A stretch of 64,000 nucleotides of DNA from Leidyana gryllorum EB-2025a (GCA_048772705.1 JBLWGC010000141.1:1-64000); one strand, 5' to 3'. Positions 21,354 to 33,323 are shown, numbered from the stretch's first letter. Numbers and translations: made by a program. The notes: generated by a model not told the origin, from the sequence alone.

Positions 21354-21435
21354 CGACAAGGGTGAGATTCGAACTCACGCGGGTAGAACCCAACGGCTTA
21401 GCAGGCCGCCGCCTTAACCACTCGGCCACCTTGCC
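21354..21435 (-). tRNA. trnS: tRNA-Ser(GCT)
   Basis: Intact. Confidence 0.92.
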
Positions 21436-21544
21436 GACGACATGTCTTACTCGCTGGCACTTTTTCACAACGGTTTGGGGTCCTGGTCAAGCTTGCTGAA
21501 CCGTATGTGACATCACTGGCCGCAAAATGCCGAGTTCGACAGGT

Positions 21545-21626
21545 GGCAACTTGCCCGAGTGGTTAAGGGGGTAGACTCGAAATCTACTGGGCCTGGCCCG
21601 CGCTGGTTCAAATCCAGCAGTTGTCG
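21545..21626 (+). tRNA. trnS: tRNA-Ser(CGA)
   Basis: Intact. Confidence 0.92.
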
Positions 21627-21690
21627 TGCGATGTGGTGGAAATGGTGCAATTCCCAGCATCAAAAACTCATATGGGTCGAGACAGGGAAT

Positions 21691-21762
21691 GCCTCCTTAG
21701 CTTAGGGGCAGAGCATTCGCTTTGTAAGCGAAAGGTCGCTGGTTCGATTCCGGCAGGAGGCT
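21691..21762 (+). tRNA. trnT: tRNA-Thr(TGT)
   Basis: Intact. Confidence 0.92.
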
Positions 21763-21924
21763 TCAGTCATTAGCCTAAACATGGTTGCGATCATCCGCCC
21801 GCATTTTCGGACGGCGGCTTGCACACAGCACTCTGCCATCTTGCCGAAGTGTTACCCGTTTCCTGTCCGTGAAATCTCAAAATGCGAGGACTTCTGGGGT
21901 TGGAGGCCGGCATCTTTACTAGCG

Positions 21925-21996
21925 TCCGAGATAGTATAGTGGTCAGTATTTCCGCCTGTCACGCGGAATACCCGGGTTCGATTCCCGGTGTCGGAG
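21925..21996 (+). tRNA. trnD: tRNA-Asp(GTC)
   Basis: Asp body. Confidence 0.78.
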
Positions 21997-22260
21997 ATAG
22001 ATCGTCTTCCGCTCTAGATTTCGTGATGCTCACCTGAACGATGCGTGTTACAGCCACCGAGGATGGAACTCGGGACCTTCTGCGTGTCAAACAGACGTCG
22101 TGACCACTAGATGGCTGCACGGAGCTTCCGGACTGCGAAAGGGGCGTGTGTCTCTGGAACCACGTATCCGATGAGCCTGGTTTTTATGTATCGGCCTAAG
22201 TTGGACGCCATGGACTAGTTTTAAGACCCTTCGGTTTGTATTCAGGAATGGAGATGTCAC

Positions 22261-22331
22261 GCATCTGTGGTTTAGTGGTAGACTGTGTCGTTGCCACCCA
22301 GACGACCCAGGTTCGATTCCCGGCAGATGCA
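22261..22331 (+). tRNA. trnG: tRNA-Gly(GCC), diverged
   Basis: Gly body. Confidence 0.65.
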
Positions 22332-22413
22332 GAGAAGATGGCAGATGGCTGGTTGAGGCACCATTCGGGGGTTTCACGAGTGAGTTGTTGTCTGCCCCTC
22401 CAATCAGATCGCA

Positions 22414-22495
22414 CGACAACTGCTGGATTTGAACCAGCGCGGGCCAGGCCCAGTAGATTTCAAGTCTACCCCCTTAACCACTGGGGCAAGTTGCC
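22414..22495 (-). tRNA. trnS: tRNA-Ser(TGA)
   Basis: CTTGAAA loop. Confidence 0.85.
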
Positions 22496-22713
22496 AACTG
22501 TCGAATTCGACATGCCGCGAGGAGTGACCAAATGCCCCCATGTTCAGCCTGTCCTGCGGCATTGATAGGTGTCTAAACTGACCTCTCGCCTGCCAAGTCA
22601 CCGCTCTACCACTTGAGATAGCCGCCCACCCGCCAAACCTAGGTGAACTTCCAATGTGAGACCGACTCACAGTTCTCTGGCGCCTCATTCGTCAGTGCAA
22701 CTGTTGTGACTCG

Positions 22714-22786
22714 TCCACTGTAGTCTAAGTGGCTAGGATATGCGGCTCTCACCCGCACGATCCGGGTTCAAGTCCCGGTAGTGGAA
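22714..22786 (+). tRNA. trnE: tRNA-Glu(CTC)
   Basis: Intact. Confidence 0.9.
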
Positions 22787-22862
22787 GTCCTTGCACTACG
22801 CGAGCAAAGTGGTCCAGTAATCTCCGTCAATAGAGACTGTTTCGTGATCTTCGGCTTGCATT

Positions 22863-22934
22863 GCCTTCTTAGCTTAGGGGCAGAGCATTCGCTTAGTAAG
22901 CGAAAGGTCGCCGGTTCGATTCCGGCAGAAGGCT
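22863..22934 (+). tRNA. trnT: tRNA-Thr(AGT)
   Basis: Intact. Confidence 0.92.
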
Positions 22935-22982
22935 TTGGTCACGAGCCGATCTATTCTAGACTGTTTCCCTTTTGCGCACACT

Positions 22983-23054
22983 TAGCAGTGAGTCCTTTCG
23001 ATCGACTGACCTTTGGGTTGTGAGCCCAACACTCTTCCACTGAGCTACACTGCT
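22983..23054 (-). pseudogene. Initiator-Met body with CAC anticodon
   Basis: GGG-CTCACAA-CCC; T-stem mismatch. Confidence 0.65.
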
Positions 23055-23307
23055 CAGTCTGCAACATGGAAGAGGGAGCCGAAATGCGATTCTTGAGATG
23101 TTAATGGCCTTGAGTGCCGAAGTGGGCTAACGAGGTGGCTATGTTGGTTGTGAGGGCAACTTGTCCCGTCGGGTCAACCTTCCACTCTGAGGAAGGATTA
23201 TACCAGCAGAGCAACAGCCGAATACTTGGGTGCATGCAACCGAATATACAAATGGAGATTCGAATCTACTGTGACCTTTTCCAGCTTTTTTTTGGGATGA
23301 TCGCCGT

Positions 23308-23391
23308 TGCACAGAATGGGATTCGAACCCATGCAGACTTGCGCCTACCAGAACTTGAGTCTGGCCCCTCAGACCACTCGGGCATCTGTGC
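23308..23391 (-). tRNA. trnL: tRNA-Leu(CAA), second Leu family
   Basis: CTCAAGT loop. Confidence 0.88.
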
Positions 23392-23664
23392 GTTACTTTC
23401 TCTCTGAGTTCCAGAAAGTTAATCGCTTCCGTTGCGACGTCGATGTCGTTCTGGGTGCGGGGTACCGCCCCGAAGTACTCTCACGGCCCGAGTTGCTTAG
23501 ATGGCAACGCATGTGATTGTAGTGGTGGCATCAAATATTCGACGAGCAAATTCCGTCCGCCGGGAGTTGAGGAGTGGACTTCTTACAACGTAGTTCGTCT
23601 GACACTCCTGTTCCATTCCACCCTGATCGATGCTTTGCTACCTCTACAGCCTCGCTCAAAGATT

Positions 23665-23736
23665 GTCCGAGTCGTCTAGTGGTTAGGACAGCACGTTGTG
23701 GCCGTGCAAACCCAGGCTCGATTCCTGGCTCGGACA
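23665..23736 (+). tRNA. trnH: tRNA-His(GTG)
   Basis: TTGTGGC loop. Confidence 0.87.
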
Positions 23737-23811
23737 AGCAGTCTAAAGTGCATTGCTCTTCGACCCGGTTGAAAATACTGTTGCAGCCATGGGCAAGTCT
23801 GTACGATCGGC

Positions 23812-23882
23812 TGCACCTGCCGGGACTCGAACCCGGGCTGCGAGCATGGGAAGCTCGCATCCTACCCTTGGACCACAAGTGC
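23812..23882 (-). tRNA. trnG: tRNA-Gly(CCC)
   Basis: Intact. Confidence 0.9.
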
Positions 23883-24155
23883 ACTCGAGAAAGAGCTTCA
23901 GCACCCCGAGACTCGGCCGCAGTCTGCGTTGAGCTAGTGGGTGCGTCAGGTACTGGCAGGTTCCAGTCTGCGACTTTGTGGCTAAGAGACTTACCCTCTG
24001 GTGGCTGAACTACGAGGCTGGGCTAAGATGATTGGAGCTTGAGAGACTTAAGCTTTGCAGTTGAATATTTGGAGGTTAGTAGAAAAACCCGTTTTGCATG
24101 TGTGGGGAAGCTCAAGTCCGGATGGCTCTATCAACTCTTTGAGAAGGGCTGAATC

Positions 24156-24227
24156 GGTTGCGTGGTGTAGTGGTTAGCACTGGAGACTTTGAATCTCCCG
24201 ACCTGGGTTCGATTCCCGGCGCGACCT
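24156..24227 (+). tRNA. trnQ: tRNA-Gln(TTG)
   Basis: CTTTGAA loop, intact. Confidence 0.92.
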
Positions 24228-24288
24228 TGAAACTAGTCCTCACTACTTCGTGAAACCTCACCACTTCTCTTGGTCTGCGGGGCCTTCG

Positions 24289-24361
24289 GCAGCCATGGTC
24301 TAGTGGTCACGACGTCTGCTTAACACGCAGAAGGTCCCGAGTTCGATCCTCGGTGGCTGTA
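24289..24361 (+). tRNA. trnV: tRNA-Val(AAC)
   Basis: Intact. Confidence 0.9.
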
Positions 24362-25333
24362 ACTCGCGTTTGTCAGGTGAGCACCACGAACTCTAAAGCG
24401 GAAGAACGAAGTGTCTCCGAGACCGGGAATCGAACCCGGGTCTTCCGAGTGACAGGCGGAAATACTAAGCACTATACTATGTCCGACGCTCGTGGATACC
24501 CCGGCCTTCAACCCCAAAAGTTCTCCCTTCTCGAGACTTCACGGACAGAAAGCGTGTAAAGTGGCGAGCCAACAACATTTCGGCAAGATGGCCGAGTGGT
24601 CCGAGTGGCCCAAGGCGCCGATCTTCAGGCCGCAGTCCGAAAGGGCGTGGGTTCGAATCCCACTCTTGTCAGGCGTTGTATTGGCACTCGGTGAGCCATT
24701 GGATGCAACCAGCTACTAGGATCGATATCCCAGATCGTCCAGTCTTACCAGAACTTGAGTCTGGCACCTCGGACGACGCGAAATCTGTGGCGTTGTTGAG
24801 AGCTTGAAGTGCCACTGTCGAGGGTCTGAGGTTGAGCCTGCGAACCTCGACGCCGTTGGCCGGCGGTTCGATTCCGTCCCACCGGAAGTAGAGTGGTGAT
24901 TGGCAAACTACTACTCAACCTATGTGCCAACTGGAGTTAATCTGGCGAAGATTCCATGCATATAGTTTGGATGGGCTAGGCACCGATCCCAGCACCTTTA
25001 GTACGCTAAGCGACCGCTTAACCATCTGAACTGGCCGCCCGCTGTGCCTACCCCATATCATTAACTAATACTTTACACATATTATGACAGTCTCTTGACT
25101 GTGCCAAGCGGGTTGAAACACCGACCAGGCGGCTGTTTGGTGTAGTGGTATGAGAAGTCCTGGGTTCGATTCCCATAACAGCCCCGTTGGTTGTCGGTTG
25201 ACCCGACGCTCTACTCTCATCCAAAGCTGCAGCTGAGGAAGTTGTTCTCTGTAGTCTAAGTGGCTAGGATATGCGGCTCTCACCCGACGATCCGGGTTCA
25301 AGTCTCGGCAGTGGAAATCCAGCTGAAGATCTG

Positions 25334-25406
25334 CACCGCCCGCGGGGCTTGAACCCGCGACTGCAAGATTAAGAGTCTTGCGCTTTACCGACTGAGCTAG
25401 GGCGGC
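25334..25406 (-). tRNA. trnK: tRNA-Lys(CTT)
   Basis: Lys body. Confidence 0.82.
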
Positions 25407-25533
25407 AAAGAAGCTCTAAACTTAGTTACACCCTATTTACCGTTGGGTGGAGCAGTGGAAGTCATTGAACCGGTGAAATGTGCTCCAGTAACTTCAGTCA
25501 ATGGGAATTGATACGTGATCTCCAGCTAACATT

Positions 25534-25605
25534 GCCTTCTTAGCTTAGGTGCAGAGCATTCGCTTAGTAAGCGAAAGGTCACCGGTTCGATTCCGGCAGA
25601 AGGCT
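25534..25605 (+). tRNA. trnT: tRNA-Thr(AGT)
   Basis: Thr body. Confidence 0.78.
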
Positions 25606-26488
25606 TTGATGCATCGATAGGCTTATAAGAAATGGCTGTCACCAGGTACAAGATTGAACAGGGTCCTGTTCTCTATCTTCTCTCGCTACCATCGAGATAA
25701 CCCGTGTCCGATTCCCGACAGATGCAAAACGATAGCATGATGAGTCTGTCGGCGATTCGATTCCGACCCTGGGAATGGAGAGGATCGAACTCTCGACTTC
25801 AGGATTATGAGACCTACGCGCTACCGAGTGCGCTAACGAGGTGGCTGTGTTGGTTCTGAGGGCAACTTGTCCCGTCGGGTCCACCCACGACCAAGAGGGC
25901 TCTTCTGGGAATCCAACCAGGACTCCTTCCACCCTGAGGAGGGATCATAGCACTAGACCAAACAGCCCATCGGTCGGTGGTGCAAATGGCTGGTACAGTC
26001 GGGAGACTGGTTATAATATGTCAAGAACCACTAAATGCCATGGGGTCTGCACAGCAGGCGACTAGCTGGAATGATATAGCACTCGCTCAGCATGCGAGAG
26101 ATAACTGGGATGGATGCCCAGGTCGTCCAAACTTCTAACGGCTGCACCTGCGGTATTTGAAAACAGAGTCACGACCGAATGGAGTTGATGCCCGATCACA
26201 TAACACGACAACTGCTGGATTCGAACCAGCGCGGGCCAGACCCACCAGATTGCAAGTCTACCCCCTTAACCACTCGGGAAAGTTGCCAACGGTAGAACTC
26301 GGCATGCCGCAGGCAGTGGCTTCACATACGGTTCAGCAGCTTGACTCGGAGCGCTCGCGCTGTCCGAACCCGCGGTCTCTCCATTGAAAGTCTTGCGCTC
26401 TACCGACGGAGCTGGCGCGGCAAGGAAGCTTGGACTTGGTAAAAAGTTCCTTTCGTATTGGCAACTCTTTATCAAAGATCCACTCACT

Positions 26489-26562
26489 TGGTCACGCCCG
26501 GGCTCAAACCGGGGACCTTGAGCTTATTAGGCTCACGCTCTAACCGACTGAGCCACGCGACC
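26489..26562 (-). tRNA. trnI: tRNA-Ile(AAT), T-loop mutated
   Basis: Ile body. Confidence 0.72.
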
Positions 26563-26683
26563 ACTTCTGCGACGACAGATGGCACCTATTCACTTACTTG
26601 ATGCCTCTGCGTCGCCACTGCAATCTCTAGCATGTACTGCTGGTGTTTTGAGCCCAGCCGCCTACTCCGATGATCGCAGCACA

Positions 26684-26765
26684 CGACAACTGCTGGATTT
26701 GAACCAGCGCGGGCCAGGCCCAGTAGATTTCTAGTCTACCCCCTTAACCACTCGGGCAAGTTGCC
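26684..26765 (-). tRNA. trnS: tRNA-Ser(AGA)
   Basis: Intact. Confidence 0.92.
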
Positions 26766-27723
26766 GCTGTCGAACTTGGCATTTTGCGGCCAGTGGCTTC
26801 AGATACGGTTCAGCGAGCTTTACTAGGACTGCTCGCGCCGCCCAAACCCGCGGATCTCCCTTCAAAAGTCTTGGGCTCTACTGACGGAGTTGGGGCGACA
26901 AGGAAGCTCGCCCCGTACCCGAGGAAGGCCCAAGATTCAACGATCAATACGAATGGAATTTGTTACTAAGTCCGAGCTTGGTCGCCGCCCCAAGTCCGTC
27001 GGTAGAGCGCAAGACTTTTGATGGGAGACCGCAGGTTCGGGCAGCGCGAGAAGTCCGAGTCAAGCTTGTTGAACCGTATGTGACGGCCCTGGCCGCAAAA
27101 TGCCGAGTTCGACAGGTGGCAACTTGCCCGAGTGGTTAGGCGGTAGACTAGAAATTTGCTGGGCCTGGCGTGGCACAATCGACCAGGTGCCATCTCCTGT
27201 GCATCTGCCGGGAATGGAATCCGGGTCGTCTCGATGGCAACGAGACATTCTACCACTAGACCACAGATGCGTGACACCTCCATCCCTGACCACAAAGTAA
27301 TGAGTCTGGAGCGGGGGATGGTTTTGGGCCTATGGCGCAACGTAGCGCGTCTGACTCCAGATCAGAAGGTTGGGTTTTCGAATCACTCTGGGCTCAATCA
27401 GACTATTTGTTTTTCCCGTGTGAGGCGCAACCTGAAAAGAGTGGGATTTGGACCCACGTCCTCTCGGAGTGCGACTTGAATACAGCGCCTTAGACCCCTC
27501 AGCCATCTTACCAGCTCGGTTTCTGTCCCGCCACTTCAAGCGTTCCCTGTCTGTTTGAAGCTAGAGAATGGAAAGGCTGGGCTCTAAGGTTGTGGGGTCA
27601 CGCGCCTCCGACATGGTATCAAAGAGTAGTCCCGCCTGCCACGCGAACGACCTGTGGGCACCAGCTGTGGGAGCGGAGCCACTTCAAATGTCAGGCTATC
27701 GGGTTTTGTGTCCTTGCATTCCT

Positions 27724-27796
27724 GCCGCCCTAGCTCAGTCGGTAGAGCGCAAGACTTTTAATCTTGCAGTCGCGGGTTCGAGCCCCGCGGGCGGTG
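27724..27796 (+). tRNA. trnK: tRNA-Lys(TTT)
   Basis: CTTTTAA loop on the Lys(CTT) body. Confidence 0.88.
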
Positions 27797-28009
27797 CAAA
27801 TCAATGTCTCTGGGAGTAGGAATGGAACCGTTGCCTACAAGCACACTCTGCTGGATTTCCGCTGCGGGACTTGAACCCGGATCGTGCGGGTGAGAGCCGC
27901 ATATCCTAGCCACTTAGACTACAGTGGACAACTTCCTCAGCTGCAGCTTTGGACGAAAGCCGTACCATCTTGAGATGAGATGGAGCGTCAGGTCAACCGA
28001 CAAGCAACG

Positions 28010-28081
28010 GGGCTGTTCTGGGAATCGAACCCAGGACTTCTTCCACCCGAAGAAAGAATCATACCACTAGACCAAACAGCC
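28010..28081 (-). tRNA. trnP: tRNA-Pro(CGG)
   Basis: Pro body. Confidence 0.85.
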
Positions 28082-28341
28082 GCCTGTCGGTCGTGCAACC
28101 CGCTGAGTACAGTTGAGATAGTGGTCATACTATGTTGAGAACCAACAAATGCGATGGGGTCTGCACAACAAAATGGAAAGACTTTTGGAGTTGGAGGCCG
28201 GCGTATTTAGAGCGGCCGAGATAGTCTAGTGGTTAGTATTTCCGCCTGACACTTGGAAGACCCGGGTTCGATTCCCGGTCTCGGAGCGCAGGTGGTTTCG
28301 CTTAAGATTCTCTCCTTTGGTTCTCGCTGAAAGTTGCGAGC

Positions 28342-28414
28342 TACAGCCACCGAGGATCGAACTCGGGACCTTCTGCGTGTGAAGCAGACGTCGTAACCAC
28401 TAGACCATGGCTGC
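28342..28414 (-). tRNA. trnV: tRNA-Val(CAC)
   Basis: TTCACAC loop. Confidence 0.92.
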
Positions 28415-28473
28415 ACGGCAGGTCCCGCAGACCAAAGCAAGTGGGTTTCACGAAGTAGTGAGGACTAGTTTCA

Positions 28474-28545
28474 AGGTCGCGCCGGGAATCGAACCCAGGT
28501 CGGGAGATTCAAAGTCTCCAGTGCTAACCACTACACCACGCAACC
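28474..28545 (-). tRNA. trnQ: tRNA-Gln(TTG)
   Basis: Intact. Confidence 0.92.
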
Positions 28546-28982
28546 GATTTAGCCCTTCTCAAAGAGTTGATAGAGCCATCCGGACTAGAGCTTCCCCACA
28601 CATGCAGAACGGGTTTTTCTACTAACCTCCAAAATATTCAACTGGCTCTTGTAGCGCGGTGGGCAAAGCGTGTGATTGTTAAATAGCAGGTCCGCGGTCT
28701 CAGGCACCCTAGACCGTATTGCGATGCCAAAGTCTATCCAAGGGCTACAGGGCACAATCAAAGGCTCTCAACTCGGTAAATACATAGCGGCAGGTGCTCC
28801 AAGACCGGGAATCGAACCCGGGTCTTCCGCGTGACAGGCGGAATACTGACCACTATACTATCTCGGACGCTAGTAAACACGCCGGCCTTCAACCCCAGAA
28901 ATCCTCGCATTTTGAGCGGGCAGTGGCCCCACATACGGCCGCGGTAGGTGCTCATCTTCACCGCCTTCCGTGACTACCTACC

Positions 28983-29055
28983 GCCCCGGTAGCTCAGTTG
29001 GGAGAGCGCCAGACTGAAGATCTAGAAGTCCCGTGTTCGATCCACGGCCGAGGCA
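28983..29055 (+). tRNA. trnF: tRNA-Phe(GAA)
   Basis: CTGAAGA loop. Confidence 0.8.
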
Positions 29056-29751
29056 GAGAGGTTGTGATATTTGGTGTCATCCCTCACAGCCGTGCGACTC
29101 CAGCTTGCCAGCAGCGTTCCGCAGATTCTCAACGGGCAATCGTCCACTCATCAAGCAGGGCATGCAATAGCTCTTCTAAGTTGGAGACCGCTAGCTCAAA
29201 GGTAGAGTGCTCATTGACATGCCAGATGAGATCGATAGACAGGTCGTCCAACTTGCATACGGCTGCACCTGCGGGAACTCAGTCCGCGTTACGACCTCAG
29301 CACGGTCGCATTTTGCCGTCAGACCACAAGTGCAGTCGAAAGATCGACAGAGGCTGTAGCACTCACAGAGACACGAGGAGAGTGTTGGGCTCATGACCCA
29401 AAGTTCCGTCGATCGAAACGACGCACTGGTGAGCGCCCGCAGGGGGACACACTTATAGAAATGATTCACAGGCGTCTTTTCTTCGAGAGCTCCCCGACCT
29501 GGTATCGACCCCCGCACATTTGGCCTGCAAAGTCACCTCTCTGGCACTTGGGATAGCCGCCTATCCGCTAAACCCAAGCGAACTTTTCCAGCCTCGGTTC
29601 CTCAACAGTGGCACTTCGAGCCCTCAAGCTCAACACTGCGGCACAGATCGCGGTGGCCTGCGGTGCCAAACTTGAGTTTGGATGGCGCAAGTCTGCATGG
29701 CTCCGAATGGCAGCCACTCTTCTCGATTCCACGGTTGAGCGGGACCAGGAG

Positions 29752-29824
29752 AACGGTGGGCGGGACTCGAACCCACAACCTTTGCCTCCGGAGGGCAACA
29801 CGCTATCCATTGCGCCACCACCGC
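29752..29824 (-). tRNA. trnR: tRNA-Arg(CCG)
   Basis: CTCCGGA loop; body related to Arg(CCT). Confidence 0.88.
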
Positions 29825-30084
29825 ACAACCCACAGCCTCACTGTCTTAAACACCTGAGTCGTCAGTATCGCCTGGCCCCACTGGTCGCCCCGAAGTACTC
29901 TCACGGCCCGAGTTGCTTAGATGGCAACGCATGTGATTGTAGTGGTGGCATCAAATATTCGACGAGCAAATTCCGTCCGCCGGGAGTTGAGGAGTGGACT
30001 TCTTACAACGTAGTTCGTCTGACACTCCTGTTCCATTCCACCCTGATCGATGCTTCGCCACCTCTACAGCCTCGCTCAAAGATT

Positions 30085-30156
30085 GTCCGAGTCGTCTAGT
30101 GGTTAGGACAGCACGTTGTGGCCGTGCAAACCCAGGCTCGATTCCTGGCTCGGACA
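30085..30156 (+). tRNA. trnH: tRNA-His(GTG)
   Basis: Matches the 23665 copy. Confidence 0.87.
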
Positions 30157-30231
30157 AGCAGTCTAAAGTGCATTGCTCTTCGCCCCGGTTGAAAATATTG
30201 TTGCAGCCATGGTCAAGTCTGTACGATCGGC

Positions 30232-30302
30232 TGCACCTGCCGGGACTCGAACCCGGGCTGCGAGCATGGGAAGCTCGCATCCTACCCTTGGACCACAAGT
30301 GC
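30232..30302 (-). tRNA. trnG: tRNA-Gly(CCC)
   Basis: Intact. Confidence 0.9.
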
Positions 30303-30640
30303 ACTCGAGAGAGAGCTGCAGCACCCCGAGACTCGGCCGCAGTCTGCGTTGAGCTGGTGGGTGCCTGAGATACTGGCAGGTTCCAGTCTGCGACTTTGTG
30401 GCTAAGAGACTTACCCTCTGGTGGCTGAACTACGAGGCTCGGCTAAGATGATTGGAGCTTGAGAGACTTCAGCTTTGCAGGTGCCAAGTCGATGCAGTCG
30501 AGCCTTCTGCCGGAAACGAACCGGCGACCTTTCGCTTACTAAGCGAATGCTCTGCCCCTGAGCTAAGAAGGCAATGCAGGCTGAAGATCACGAATCAGTG
30601 ACTAGTGACGGGGATTACTGGAGCACTTTGCTCCAGTAGC

Positions 30641-30713
30641 TTCCACTGCCGGGACTTGAACCCGGATCGTGCGGGTGAGAGCCGCATATTCTAACCACTT
30701 AGACTACAGTGGA
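30641..30713 (-). tRNA. trnE: tRNA-Glu(CTC)
   Basis: Glu body. Confidence 0.85.
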
Positions 30714-30794
30714 CACCTTCCTCAGCTGCAGCTTTGGACGAGAGCCGTACCATCTTGAGATGAGATGGAGCGTCGGGTCAACCGACAAGCAACG

Positions 30795-30866
30795 GGGCTG
30801 TTCTGGGAATCGAACCCAGGACTTCTTCCACCCGAAGGAAGAATCATACCACTAGACCAAACAGCC
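30795..30866 (-). tRNA. trnP: tRNA-Pro(CGG)
   Basis: Intact. Confidence 0.92.
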
Positions 30867-30955
30867 GCCTGTCGGCCGTGCAACCCGCTGAGGACAGTTG
30901 AGATAGTGGTCATACTATGTTGAGAATCAACAAAATGCGACGGGGTCTGCACAAA

Positions 30956-31028
30956 GGGCGGCTAGCTCAAATGGTAGAGCGCTCGCTTAGCATGCGAGAG
31001 GTACTGGGATCGATGCCCAGGTCGTCCA
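30956..31028 (+). tRNA. trnA: tRNA-Ala(AGC)
   Basis: Intact. Confidence 0.92.
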
Positions 31029-31306
31029 AACTTCGTAGTCCGCAAGTGCCGCTTTTTTACTACAGAGTTGAAAGCTTTCAAGTGTGCCCTTTACCCCTTG
31101 GCTAGACTCGGGCACCACAGTATGTGTGAAGGTTGCCTCAGAGCCCGGATTTCCGAGTTTGCATTTCACAATCACACACTCTGGCGACGAAGATACCAGA
31201 GTCAGTTACAATATTTCAAAGGTCAGTAGAGAGACGCGTGTTGCATGTGTCCAGTTGGGAGCGCTAGCCCGGATGATTCTACCGACTCTTTTGGATGGGC
31301 TGAACC

Positions 31307-31378
31307 GGTTGCGTGGTGTAGTGGTTAGCACTGGAGACTCTGAATCTCCCGACCTGGGTTCGAATCCCGGCGCGACCT
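31307..31378 (+). tRNA. trnQ: tRNA-Gln(CTG)
   Basis: Intact. Confidence 0.93.
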
Positions 31379-31520
31379 TGGAACTGGTCCTCACTACTCC
31401 CTGAAACTTCGCCATCTCTTGCCATTCGTGCAGCCACGGTCTAGTGGTCTCGACGTACACGACCGTTTTACTTCAAATGAGAAGATAGAATCGAGTTGAG
31501 CGAGTGTGAGGGGCAGTTCT

Positions 31521-31592
31521 GGGTACGTAGCTCAGTGGTAGAGCAGCTGACTGCAGATCAGCAGGCTCGTGGTTCAACTCCGCGCGTGCCCT
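31521..31592 (+). tRNA. trnC: tRNA-Cys(GCA)
   Basis: CTGCAGA loop. Confidence 0.85.
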
Positions 31593-31903
31593 GGAGATGG
31601 GCTAAAACGCTCGAAGTTGTTGGTCCAACATTCCTGACCACAATGCAATGAGTCTGGAGCGGGGCCTATGGCGGAACGTAGCGGGTCTGACTGCAGCTTA
31701 GTAAATTGGGGGTTCGAATCACTCAATTTGACCTCATGATCTTCCCGTATGGGGGGCAACCTGAAAAGAGTGGGATTCGGGCCGACGCCCTTCCAGTACT
31801 GCGCCGTCTACAGCTTCTTGCCAGTGTCTGAATGGCTCTGATGTTTGATTCTAACTCAGGGGGATCCAGCATCCGGGTCGGTGCCATCTGTCGTCGCAGA
31901 AGT

Positions 31904-31977
31904 GGTCGCGTAGCTCAGTCGGTTAGAGCGTGAGCCTAATAAGCTCAAGGTCCCCGGTTCGAGCCCGGGCGTGACCA
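31904..31977 (+). tRNA. trnI: tRNA-Ile(AAT)
   Basis: Intact. Confidence 0.93.
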
Positions 31978-32212
31978 AGTGAGTAGATCTCTGATAAATA
32001 CTTGTCCTGGACCCGAGGAAGCCTCAACATTCTGCGACCAATACGAAAGGAACTAGTTACTAAGTCCGAGCTTCCTTGCCGCTCCAGCTCCGTCGGTAGA
32101 CCCCTAAACTTTCAATGGAGAGACCGCAGCTTCGGGCAGCGCCAGCAGTCCGAGTCAAGCTTGCTGAACCGTATGTGAAGCCACAGGACGCAAGATGCCA
32201 AGTCCGACAGGT

Positions 32213-32294
32213 GGCAACTTGCCCGAGTGGTTAAGGGGGTAGACTAGAAATCTACTGGGCCTGGCCCGCGCTGGTTCAAATCCAGCAGTTGTCG
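32213..32294 (+). tRNA. trnS: tRNA-Ser(AGA)
   Basis: Intact. Confidence 0.92.
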
Positions 32295-32876
32295 TGCGAT
32301 CTGATTGGAGGGGCAGACAACAACTCACTCCTGAAACCCCAGAATGGTGCCTCAATCAACCATCTGCCACTCTGCATCTGCCGGGAATCGAACCGGGGTC
32401 GTCTCGGTGGCAACGACACAGTCTACCACTAAACCACAGATGCGTGACATCTCCATTCCTGAATACAAAGCGAAGGGTCTTAAAACTAGTCCAGGCCGTC
32501 CAACTTAGGCCGATACATAAAAACCAGGCTCATCGGATACGTGGTTCCAGAGACACACGCTCCTTTCGCAGTCCGGAAGCTCCGTGCAGCCATCTAGTGG
32601 TCACGACGTCTGTTTAACACGCAGAAGGTCCCGAGTTCCATCCTCGGTGGCTGTAACACGCATCGTTCAGGTGAGCATCACGAAATCTAGAGAGGAAGAC
32701 GATCTATCTCCGAGACCGGAAATCGAACCCGGGAATTTCGCGTGACAGGCGGAAATACTAAGCACTAGACTATCTCGGCCGCTCTGAATACGCCGGCCTC
32801 CAACTCCAAAAAGTCTTTCCATTTTGAGATTCCACAAGGACAGGAAACGCGTGGAACGGCGAGCCAACGACATTCC

Positions 32877-32956
32877 GGCGAGATGGCCGAGTGGTCCAAG
32901 GCGCTGTGTTCAGGCCGCAGTCCGAAAGGGCGTGGGTTCGAATCCCACTCTTGTCA
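32877..32956 (+). tRNA. trnL: tRNA-Leu(CAG)
   Basis: Intact. Confidence 0.9.
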
Positions 32957-33086
32957 GCCGTTGTAGTCAGAATAACTTGCGACTTCTTCCCAGCATGCCC
33001 GCACGATGGGCGCGACTGCCCGCCGTGCACGTAGCACCCGGCTAACTTTTGTCGATACAACTGACACATGATTCTCCAGATAAGTT

Positions 33087-33158
33087 GCCTTCTTAGCTTA
33101 GGGGCAGAGCGTTCGCTTCGTAAGCGAGAAGTCGCCGGTTCGATTCCGGCAGAAGGCT
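33087..33158 (+). tRNA. trnT: tRNA-Thr(CGT)
   Basis: TTCGTAA loop. Confidence 0.9.
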
Positions 33159-33251
33159 TTCCTCACGCACTTAAGCTATTCTGACTGGTCTCTCAGTCTC
33201 GATAAGGATCTGAGAGGTTTGGAGGGGATTTGCAATGCACTTTAGATTGGT

Positions 33252-33323
33252 TGTCCGAGCCAGGAATCGCGCCTGGGTTTGCACGGCCACAACGTGCTGT
33301 CCTAACCACTAGACGACTCGGAC
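33252..33323 (-). tRNA. trnH: tRNA-His(GTG), T-loop further mutated
   Basis: His body. Confidence 0.72.
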
